This document shows, one piece after another, positions 24,385 to 33,743 of a stretch of 64,000 bases of DNA. The notes under the pieces are model-generated. The model saw only the letters and a list, made by a program, of their open reading frames with translations, searched no databases and had not been told where the DNA came from. The first letter of the stretch is position 1. The number at the start of each line of letters is the position of its first letter. A program made the position numbers and the translations under genes. The DNA is taken from NCBI GenBank assembly GCA_964019425.1, contig OZ025781.1:1674001-1738000 (forward strand), in the 5' to 3' direction. The stretch comes from Flectonema sp. DT1601 (taxonomy: Eukaryota).

Positions 24385-25431
24385 ATGTCTGTTGAGTTGA
24401 TCACAATCATCCCTGCTAACACCAGCAGCAGTTGGGAACCAAAACATACCAAAGCGAGAATTGAGAAGACCAGAATAAGAAATCAAGACAGAAAGAAAGC
24501 AGCTGACAACAGAAGAGCAGTTGCAAAGAGAGTAAAGTTAGGTAAAGTAGTATCACACAATGTGAGAGTGAAAAATGTTTCCAAAAAGTCCAGCAAGACA
24601 GCTGATCAACTAATCGCAAACTTGTTAGCAGCGGAGCAGAGACGAATGGCAAGTCAACATAAAGCACTTGAGAAATTGAGTGCCCACCACAACAGAGTTA
24701 TGACCGTCTCTGCTGCTAAGAAGTCGTCGCCACCCAGCCCGTCTAACGAGCGAGTGATGAATGCTCAACTTCGCAGGCAATCACTTTTAAATAATCAAAA
24801 TGATGTTTTAAAAGCTCATCATCAGAAGGTATCACAACTTCTCACTCAATGGCGTGACAGTCGCCCTTCTACCAACGGTGACGCAACTTCGGCAATTGTG
24901 ACTGCTGCGGCAGACACGTTGGAACAGCCAACCAACTCCAACGCTCAACAGCCTGCTATTAAATCATCTGAACAGAAATGGATCCCAAGACACACTAAAG
25001 CCAGAATGGAACATCCTAAAATCAGAGACCACGAACGTGTGAAAGCGGCAGAGTTCCGCAGGGCTGCCAGCAGACGAGCGATGTTGTCAAAGGTTGTTTC
25101 CCACAACGCCAAAGTAAAAGCAGTCTCAAAGCGTCTCGCCAAGAAACCAATTAAAACTGGAGCTTCTCCAGCTGTAAAGGCAGCTATTCAACGTCGTGAG
25201 CTTTTACAACAGCAGCACTTGGAAAAGCTTTCTATTCATCACAAGAAAGTTAGTTCTTTGAAAGCAGCGATGAACTCTCCAAAACAGATCAGTACCAAAG
25301 TACAGGAAGCAGCAGAGAGAAGGGAATCGCAGCTTGCCAACAGAAATATTAAGATTTCTGCTCACAATCAGATGGTAACAACACGTCACTCAGTTTGGAA
25401 AGACACAAAGAGTGACTCTAAATGTGAGTAG
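24385..25431 (+). CDS. Hypothetical basic helical protein made of two duplicated halves
   Basis: 348-aa ORF. WxPxHTKARxE...KVVSHN...EKLSxHH...AH(H/N)Q occurs twice. Confidence 0.8.
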   Translation: MSVELITIIPANTSSSWEPKHTKARIEKTRIRNQDRKKAADNRRAVAKRVKLGKVVSHNVRVKNVSKKSSKTADQLIANLLAAEQRRMASQHKALEKLSAHHNRVMTVSAAKKSSPPSPSNERVMNAQLRRQSLLNNQNDVLKAHHQKVSQLLTQWRDSRPSTNGDATSAIVTAAADTLEQPTNSNAQQPAIKSSEQKWIPRHTKARMEHPKIRDHERVKAAEFRRAASRRAMLSKVVSHNAKVKAVSKRLAKKPIKTGASPAVKAAIQRRELLQQQHLEKLSIHHKKVSSLKAAMNSPKQISTKVQEAAERRESQLANRNIKISAHNQMVTTRHSVWKDTKSDSKCE

Positions 25432-25902
25432 TACATTATCTGTTTGTTATTAATTAATAATTATCCTTTCTAACCTGTCTGAGTAGTTTTATGTGATCAA
25501 CGTGTAGTCTAAATTTAAAAAAAAAAACAAAAAAAAAAAAACAACCAGTTATTACCCTTAGTGCGTGCAAAGGTTACTTTCAGTAACCTTTTCCTTTTTT
25601 ATCTTTTTCATTTATACCAAATTACACTACTTGGTAAGTAGCTTGACTGACAAAGACATCAGTTGGCCTTTCAAGTTGATAAAAAACAACAGTTCCCTCC
25701 TCTCTCTCTCTCTTTAGTACCCACAGTTTCTCTCTTGAGTTTAAACAGTTGCTTAGTAGTGATTGATACCTTATAATTGAGTTCTTTTTGGTTATTATAC
25801 TTTCTCAGCAGTCAGTAGGCATTGAAGAGATCCTTTTCATAGTAACTTACACATAATGCAACTTGTCTTCAATCGCCGCCTTCTTCAGATGTAAAGTAAA
25901 AA

Positions 25903-27009
25903 ATGAAAAGATGCCACCTAAACATGGCATCGTATTCTCTGGGGATATTACTGTTGGTTTGCGTTGCGGTAATTTGGGTCGGAGCTTCGCAGCTTATCAA
26001 AGTCATATTTAGTGAAGATTTCCCAAAACCTTTCTTTGTAACGTATTTTAATACTGCTGGATTCTCGTTATGGCTGGTTGGAGTTCCTTATGTGAAGAGC
26101 TGGAACAATGAATTATTTTCAATAGACGAGGATAATGGTCAGATGAGATGGAAAACCTATTTCAATTTGGCAGTTAAATTTGCCCCAGTTTGGATGGTTG
26201 CCAATTATTTATTTAATCTGAGTCTGGTCTACGCTTCTGTTTCTTCTAATAGCATTTTATCAAATACGTCATCATTGTGGACGATGCTCTTATCAGTTTT
26301 CGTCTTAAAAGAACCTCCTACTTGTGTTGGAGTCTTAGCTGTTGCAATTACCTTTGGAGGTGCTGCTTGTGTTGCGCTATCCGATCATACGTCGTCTTCA
26401 ACGAATTCAGTTGATTCTACGCAAGCTCGAATTGGAGATATTCTGGCTCTGTCCAGTGCTATGTGTTATGGAGGGTATACTGTTCTGCTTAGAAAAGTAG
26501 TTCCCGAACGAATAGTTATGCCAATATTCTTTGGTTTCGTTGGTGCTATCGTTTTCTTTTTTGGAATACCAATATTGTTCTTTCTAGACATCACTGGACT
26601 TGAGAAGTTTAGTTTTCCCAGATCAAATAACATTGGATTGTTAGTAACTAATTCTCTCTTGGGTACCAACTTGTCTGATGTACTTTGGGCTCGTGCTGTT
26701 TTCTTAACATCACCGACAGTAGCAACTGTTGGGTTGTCGTTAACAATACCGCTCGGAATGGTATCGGATATGTTCTTTCATGGAGATCGTTTTACTATCG
26801 TTTACGTCATGGGTGCTGTGTTAGTGTTGGCTGGATTCATTTTGATTAATTTGAAGAAGCAAGTTGCATTGTTTTGTCCATTTCGTTGTTTTAAATGGGG
26901 AGTTCCTCTCGATACGGTCAGCCATCACGACAGCAATGACGAAGGTGCTGGGAGTGACGTGCACAGTGAACATCATGATGATGGTACTCGACTGAATGAG
27001 GGAATTTGA
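25903..27009 (+). CDS. DMT/EamA-family transporter (SLC35F5/THI74-like); start may be ATG 25924
   Basis: About 10 hydrophobic segments. IWVGASQL, KPFFVTY, GDILALSSAMCYGGY, LSDVLWARAVFLTSPTVATVGLSLTIPL. Confidence 0.9.
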   Translation: MKRCHLNMASYSLGILLLVCVAVIWVGASQLIKVIFSEDFPKPFFVTYFNTAGFSLWLVGVPYVKSWNNELFSIDEDNGQMRWKTYFNLAVKFAPVWMVANYLFNLSLVYASVSSNSILSNTSSLWTMLLSVFVLKEPPTCVGVLAVAITFGGAACVALSDHTSSSTNSVDSTQARIGDILALSSAMCYGGYTVLLRKVVPERIVMPIFFGFVGAIVFFFGIPILFFLDITGLEKFSFPRSNNIGLLVTNSLLGTNLSDVLWARAVFLTSPTVATVGLSLTIPLGMVSDMFFHGDRFTIVYVMGAVLVLAGFILINLKKQVALFCPFRCFKWGVPLDTVSHHDSNDEGAGSDVHSEHHDDGTRLNEGI

Positions 27010-27451
27010 CTAGAATCTGAGAATTCTTACGGCACTTTCATCTATCACACTGCTTAGCTGAAACTTAAAGGGAAAACAAAAATATCATAAAGAGCTTGCT
27101 GTAACCATACATTTGTAGAACTAAGTATTCGTTTTTGTTCGTTTTTCTTGTTTATTAATTAGCCAAATCGTAACCAGAATAAAGTAACCATTCAAATATA
27201 TTCATCAGCATGTATGTTCACGACTTTTGGTTTCGTTTTTAATTATTTGAGGGTTGGCTGTATCATTGTGTGTGATATTCTTATTACAGCGAGAACACGC
27301 AATGTTATCCAGATGAGCGAGCAGTTTGTTTCTATTCATATTAAGTGATGGCATCCACCTGGTAGCCTTTTAATAAATCATCACATTCACAGGGTAATAA
27401 ATATACTTTCTGCCACGCATAGTGAGCAAGTAGAGTTATTAACTTCATGAA

Positions 27452-27937
27452 ATGCCTCCAAATACGGAAGCAACATGGGAGCTCAGTTGGGAAGATCCAC
27501 AGCTAATAGCAACGATCTTGTCTCTGTTTGTATCGGTGCCGGTGTTCTTTTATTTCCTCTGGCAGTTGTTGTGTAATGTTGAGGATTGGGATATGCAAAT
27601 TGACGAGGAAGGAAATGAATTTAAGATGACGAAGCAAATGAGGTTTCAGGAGCTGAAACGTATCCGACAAGAAGAAATTGCATTCGCTAGGAGAAAGTCA
27701 GGAGGGGGAACACCTCCTGGACTGCCACCTTCAATCTCACCAGAAGAATCGCTGCGTTTTTATAGAGAGACTCAGCAAGTTCGGAAGATGTTGAGAAAAG
27801 ATAGTAAAGAAAGTTTGAAGAAAGATGAACCCTCAACTCCTTCAAAGGAATCAAAAGAATCCGCAAAGAAGTCTGATTCTAACAAAGGGATTCACAAACG
27901 AACCAGAAAGAAGAAGATCGAAACAGACGACATTTAG
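27452..27937 (+). CDS. Hypothetical single-pass membrane protein with charged tail
   Basis: 161-aa ORF with one strongly hydrophobic segment, on the gene strand. Confidence 0.7.
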   Translation: MPPNTEATWELSWEDPQLIATILSLFVSVPVFFYFLWQLLCNVEDWDMQIDEEGNEFKMTKQMRFQELKRIRQEEIAFARRKSGGGTPPGLPPSISPEESLRFYRETQQVRKMLRKDSKESLKKDEPSTPSKESKESAKKSDSNKGIHKRTRKKKIETDDI

Positions 27938-28343
27938 TTATGTTTCAGTGACTACCAACTTCCACAATGAAAGAAACTAAAATACCTTGAGTGCGACTCA
28001 AATACTCATACGATGCTTGCAAATATTTTAACTCTTTCCTCCTTTTTGATAAGATGCCGCAGATCTACAAAAAGTGGGATCGTAGTTTTAATTTATATTA
28101 AAAACCCCAACAACACATCTTAAGAAAGCATCTCATTTACGTCTACTTTTTCCTACTAAGGAAGACTTAAAGTTTGTGTGAATGGGGAAAAATAAATAAA
28201 AAAAAATAAATAAATAATAAGTGTACTTAGGCGTAGTTTACTTACCGACAAGACTAACATGAAACAGACTAAAGTGATCTTTTTGTTGTAATGAAATTAT
28301 TGTATTTTTTTTCACAGAGCTGTAATCTGTTTATGAAAAAACT

Positions 28344-30381
28344 ATGAGTAAATGGCAGGAACAGTTTGCTGCACAGTACAAGAGGTACGCGCAGTCAATA
28401 TTACAACCGAGTGGGGTTGGAGGATTATGTCCGTTAGATGTGGAGTTTGAGGAGCTACTCGAAGTTGATCATAAGTTTTGTGACAAACCAGACCAGTTTA
28501 GGACAGCAATGCTACCAGTCAATCGTTCAAAAAACAGAAATGAAAAAGTTCTTCCCAACGAAGAGACCATGATTGAACTGGAAGGACTCGGTCACTCTGA
28601 CAATACTTACATCAACGCAAACTATTTTGATGGAATTTCAATGGTCGGATTGCCTTTTAATTATATCGCAACACAAGCTCCGTTAGAAAACACAGTCGGT
28701 GACTTTTGGAGAATGATCGCTGAGTGCAGCGTTCACTTTATAATAAATCTCGCATCTGAGGCCCACTGCGCACTGTACTGGCCAACACACAGAGAACGAA
28801 TATTCAAACCTCGTAATTCCTTTACTGTTCAGTTAGTTAATCAATACCAACAAGGTGATGTTATAACAAGAGAACTAGTCCTCACTAATATCGACACAGG
28901 AATGAAACGAGATATTATGATGTTTCAGTATGTTGGATGGCCTGAAGAAGGTGTTCCAAGAAACACTGTTGGACTGATGCAAATAATATACAAACTCGGT
29001 ACTATGAAAGAAGCGGCTTTAAACCCTTTATTAGTTCATTGCGGAGCTGGTGTTGGTCGGACTGGTGTGTTTGTTGCAATGCATATCGCACTCGGTCTGT
29101 TCTCATTAGAAAAAGAGTTTTCAGTGAAGAGAATTGTTTATCAATTAAAATATCACAGAACAGGAATGGTTAAAACTAAGCTTCAATATCAGTTTTTAGT
29201 TATGGCTCTCTGTAGAGAGTTTCAAAAGATGGTATTAAAACATCAGCAGAAACACGCAAAATCAAAACTCCAAAGCAGCAGAGCCCCCTCCGAGAGATCA
29301 TTCACAGAACCGATAGCTCCAATTCAAGCAGTCCCAAATAATATGATTCACGATGGACAAGTAATTGGGTCACCACCAAGAAGTCCAGTAGGAAGTCCAT
29401 TGAGTCCAGTTCAACAAATGGAAAGTTTCCAACCACAATATGTTGAAGACTCACAAGTGTTTCCTTCGTACATACATTTAACTGGTCAGAATCCAGTACC
29501 TGCTTCAGCTGTACCTCCAATTACTCAGCCTCATACGCTCGGAGATTATCATTCTGCCAGAAGAATATCTCCTTCTGTAGGTCTTCCTATTGCTCCAGTG
29601 AGTTATATTGCTCCTCCTGCACCTGATAAGGCAGAACTTCCTCGTGGTATGTCGTACCCTGTTGCGACTAATTCTGTACTTCCGGTGTATCCAAAATATG
29701 CAGATCGTCAAGTACCTCCTCCTTCAATGGTTGGAAGGAGAGGGCCATCATTAGATGCTACACAGAGTCCAGTTGTTCCTGTTGGATCTCCTCCTGAAAG
29801 AGTGCAACCAAGTGGTAGCAATTTGTTTGAAAAACGAATTCATGAAACAATTTATAATCCTCCCCCAGCCTCTTCTGTTCCTGTTGAACCCAAACATCAC
29901 CGCCCTAGTAGATCTTCCCCAGTCCCCCCAGCAGCAGCAACTGCTCCAGATAGCTTAATATACCCAGGAGTGACTACAACAACTGGTAGAGAAAAGACTA
30001 TTGCAACACTTGCGAGACTTAAAGATGTGAATCAGAGTAAGCGTACCAGACCTTCTCAAGATCCTGGTGAGCCTTATTCTATGCCGACAGCTTTGTTTGG
30101 AAGGTTTGTTATTATTTATTTATACTTTTTATTTATAAGAGATAAAGTACATATACAGTACAACAACACTAAACAGGGCATCAATCTCACCAACAAGATC
30201 AACTGGTGGATATGGAGGTCGTATATCACCAGCGATGTCTGGAAACGATTCGTCCTTTGGTGGGAGGCTAAGAGATCCTCCAATCCTTCACGGTAGCCCT
30301 CCTCCGCCTGCACCAGCAGACGGACTTCACAGAGACGTATCTGACTTTGAAAAGAGTCTTCGTGATGCTATGCGGTCTTAG
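28344..30381 (+). CDS. Classical-fold protein tyrosine phosphatase (atypical motifs) with Pro-rich tail; exons 28344-30103, 30177-30381
   Basis: YINAN, YIATQAP, DFWRMI, VHCGAGVGRTG. Intron 30104-30176 (gtttgt...aaacag) gives an open last exon to TAG at 30381. Confidence 0.9.
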
Positions 30382-31163
30382 AAACACATCATGTCTTGTT
30401 AATTGTTTTGTGTATTTGTAATTATAGAAAGTTCTGAAACGGTAGAATTGCACCCATTGCAGTTCAGATATCATTGAGGGGGGGTCCTCCTCTTGACTTT
30501 TATATGGCGGCTACAATACAGTTGCTTATACAGTCACAATTAGCTGACTTGAACTGCATATTTGTTATGTTTCTTGCTGTGCTTGAGACAGAAAACAAAA
30601 TAGTGAGTCAGACTGATTCACATTTTTTTTTTTTTTTTTTTGGAGTTCGTTCTCTTCCCCAACTGTTGCTCCTGTGAAATTGATTTTATTATTTAATATA
30701 AGTTGTGTGTGTTCTGTGTTCTGTTGTCTAAAGAACAATGCGGAAATTAAATGTTTTCCCGAATAGTTGCAACGCTTCGTTGCCTCTCTTCAAGTTCGGC
30801 CTCTTTTGAGAGGGGACAGTACAAACTTTAAAAAAAAAAAAATAATAAAATAAGCAGTAGCAAGTAGCTGCTGCGAGCTAGAAAAAGAAATAAAAAGTTT
30901 TTCAAAATTTCGATTCCCATAGAACCCTCAAAAATAGAACCCAACCCCCCTGATGCCAGCAGGCAGCAGCCATGTAAGGTATAAAATGCGAATAAAGTGA
31001 AACAAAAAAAAAAAAAAAAATAGTTAATTTTAGGCTTTACAGTATTTTCAACAAAACAGGTAACGACAATTAATAACTAAACAAGAAAGATATATCGAAT
31101 GGAGATTTCTGTGAAATAACAAAAAGTAATATTATATTCCTCCACCAGGTCTTTCTTACTAAC

Positions 31164-31568
31164 ATGAGTCTGGTTACCGTAAATGGAGGATGTCATTGCG
31201 GAACAGTCAGGTGGTCACTAAAGGTACTACCAGACGCTACAATTTGGGATTGCAATTGCAGCATTTGCATAATGAAAAATAATAAACACGTCGTAGTTCC
31301 TGAAACCCAATTTACGATAATTTCAGGTAAAGATAACCTGACATGCTATAGATTTAATACCAAGAAAGCAAAGCATTTGTTTTGTGAAACTTGCGGAGTC
31401 CAATCATTCTACCGACCCCGTAGTAATCCTGATGGTATTGGTGTAAACCCCATCTGTATTGATAAAGAAGATTTGAGTAAAGTCTCATTTAAGAAAGAAG
31501 TGTTTGACGGACAGAATTGGGAATCTCACATTGAGAAATCAAACATAACAACGTTGAGTAAATTATAA
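31164..31568 (+). CDS. GFA / CENP-V family zinc-binding protein
   Basis: GGCHCG, CNCSIC, HLFCETCGV, RSNPDG, FDGQNWE. Confidence 0.93.
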   Translation: MSLVTVNGGCHCGTVRWSLKVLPDATIWDCNCSICIMKNNKHVVVPETQFTIISGKDNLTCYRFNTKKAKHLFCETCGVQSFYRPRSNPDGIGVNPICIDKEDLSKVSFKKEVFDGQNWESHIEKSNITTLSKL

Positions 31569-31649
31569 AAATGGGTTATCCGATTATTACAATTTTCTGT
31601 ACTTTTTAATTATCATTCAAACACAAACAGGTGAGTACATTTCATTAAA

Positions 31650-33272
31650 ATGCTCACCGACGCAGAACAACAAGATGAGGATGATTTGGCTATACTTTGC
31701 CCAGCTGATTTCGAAGAAACGATCGATGAGTTGAATATTCGAATCAAACAAAAAGATGAAGAGAACCTCCATCTCACAGTTGAGTTGAGACACGTCAAGA
31801 ATGAAAAAGACGCGACCGATAAAAAATATCAAACCTTATACGATAAGTACTTAGCACAACAAGAAAAGAAACAAGAACCTTCAGCAATGATGGAGAGAGA
31901 CGTTAAGAGACTAACTCAGAATGTTGATACAAAAGAATCACATGTCAGAGAACTTAAAAAAGAACTTTTAATTGCGAAAAGTAACATCTCTGAAGGTGAT
32001 CACCAAATCGTCGAACTAACAAAAATAAAAACAGAACTCGACTTAAAACTCCAAGAGCAATCCTCAGAAATATTGAAATCTGATAGACTACGAGAATTAA
32101 ACAGCGAACTCCACGAACAACGTGACTTCTACAAAGAAATGATGTCTAAAGCTGAGAGTAAACTAGAAGAGGAATCTCAACTTCAACACAACACATCTTC
32201 TCAACTAGAACGATGTAAAGAAAAACTTTGTAAACTCGATGACCTTACAACAGATAACATTATACTGTCATCGAAAATAGAAGATTTGACAAACAAATTA
32301 CAATCAGCTAAAGAGGACGTCGCTCCATTAAAAAGTGAACTCAAAGCATCACAACGTTCAGTAAGAGAACACGCTTCTACTATCTCAATGTTAAACAACG
32401 AGATTGATATGATGCGTGAGAGCAGTGGAGGAGGAGCTGAGATCGGTGGAACGCTTGCTGATGATGTTCAGAATTTCCTTCCAAACAGAGTGGAGTCTGA
32501 AAAACTTCAATCCGATATTTGTAATTTAAAGGAACAACTTGAGATCAGTACTCGTGAAGAGTCTTCTCTCAGACATCAGTTCACAGCCGTCACATCAGAA
32601 CTCACAAATAATTATCAACTCCACGAAAAAGAAGTAAGCAATCTACAACAACAAATCACCCAACTAACTGTAGTCACATCTGGTTCAACTGAGAAGAGTA
32701 CTCGTCTTGAAACTGAGCTGCAACTCAAAGACAGTGAACGCGCAACACTATCAAAGGAAGTGGAATTATTAAAAGAAGAAATAACAAACATCTCCAGTCA
32801 GTCAACTTCATCATCAAATAGTTTAGTTGCTAAGTTAGAACAGGCTAATAAAAGAAGTACTGAAGTATCAGTTGTTAATACTGATTTAAATGAGAAACTT
32901 GATGAGGTTACTGAAAGTAAAGAAACTCTTGAAAAACAATTATCAAATATCGATGATAAAAACCAACTTCTACAAGATGAGATAAACTCTCTCAATGAAC
33001 AGATTCGGACTGCCGGACAGGCGGAACAACTCCATCGTGAAACTGCGAAGTCTCTTCGATTTCGACTCGAAGTTGAATCAGAGCGTTCCTCAAGACTCGT
33101 CAAAGGAACGGAGGAATTCCGCGACCGTCTCAAACGAGCTCATCGAGAAAGCATCCGACAGACAATTAAATTACTTCGAAATCACACTTCTGGCTCACGT
33201 CGACCATCAGCTACACCGTCACCTTCTATGAGTTACTACACAACCCCTCTTTTGAGACGTCAAGTTCTGTGA
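31650..33272 (+). CDS. Hypothetical long coiled-coil protein
   Basis: 540-aa E/K/L/Q-rich ORF with heptad character. Confidence 0.8.
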   Translation: MLTDAEQQDEDDLAILCPADFEETIDELNIRIKQKDEENLHLTVELRHVKNEKDATDKKYQTLYDKYLAQQEKKQEPSAMMERDVKRLTQNVDTKESHVRELKKELLIAKSNISEGDHQIVELTKIKTELDLKLQEQSSEILKSDRLRELNSELHEQRDFYKEMMSKAESKLEEESQLQHNTSSQLERCKEKLCKLDDLTTDNIILSSKIEDLTNKLQSAKEDVAPLKSELKASQRSVREHASTISMLNNEIDMMRESSGGGAEIGGTLADDVQNFLPNRVESEKLQSDICNLKEQLEISTREESSLRHQFTAVTSELTNNYQLHEKEVSNLQQQITQLTVVTSGSTEKSTRLETELQLKDSERATLSKEVELLKEEITNISSQSTSSSNSLVAKLEQANKRSTEVSVVNTDLNEKLDEVTESKETLEKQLSNIDDKNQLLQDEINSLNEQIRTAGQAEQLHRETAKSLRFRLEVESERSSRLVKGTEEFRDRLKRAHRESIRQTIKLLRNHTSGSRRPSATPSPSMSYYTTPLLRRQVL

Positions 33273-33458
33273 TACTATACTTTTATACTAATTGTATTGT
33301 TGCTATCCTCGTATTCGATTTGAGAGCAATCATATAATAGCGGTTTTGTTTTGGGTCTTGCCTTTTTTTTTCTTCTCTCTTCTTCTCCTTAGTTGCATTT
33401 TATTGTAACCAGGAACGGCGTGTTTATTTTGTGTTTGTTTTTTTTGTTTTGTTTTTTT

Positions 33459-33596
33459 GTACCGACGTAGTCGGAGAGGAAACTATGCAGATTGAAAGCC
33501 GTTATGTCTTATGTGGTCATGATTTATTTTCCCCCTCGTGGTGCGACAGGACTCTGTCTGCGTATTCAACGAATATTTAAGGCTAATCTGGAGTTG
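33459..33596. repeat. Dispersed structured intergenic element, copy C
   Basis: ccgac-gta-gtcgg hairpin, cagattgaaagcc...ggctaatctg, and internal gacag-gact-ctgtc hairpin. Preceded by a T-rich tract. Confidence 0.85.
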
Positions 33597-33743
33597 AATT
33601 TCTACCTCCGTTTTTTTCTTCTTGTAATTTATTCGTTTCATGTGTTCGAATTATTGTATTGATTTTGAAGGACATGACTGATCGGTTTTATTTTATTCTA
33701 TTTTTTTTTTTTTTTCAAGAGTAGCACCTCTCAACAATTAATA

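Noticed and set aside
31558..31630. Possible 73-nt intron fusing the GFA gene to the coiled-coil gene
   Set aside because: Donor gtaaat does not fit the local consensus and the splice is out of frame with ORF 31650.
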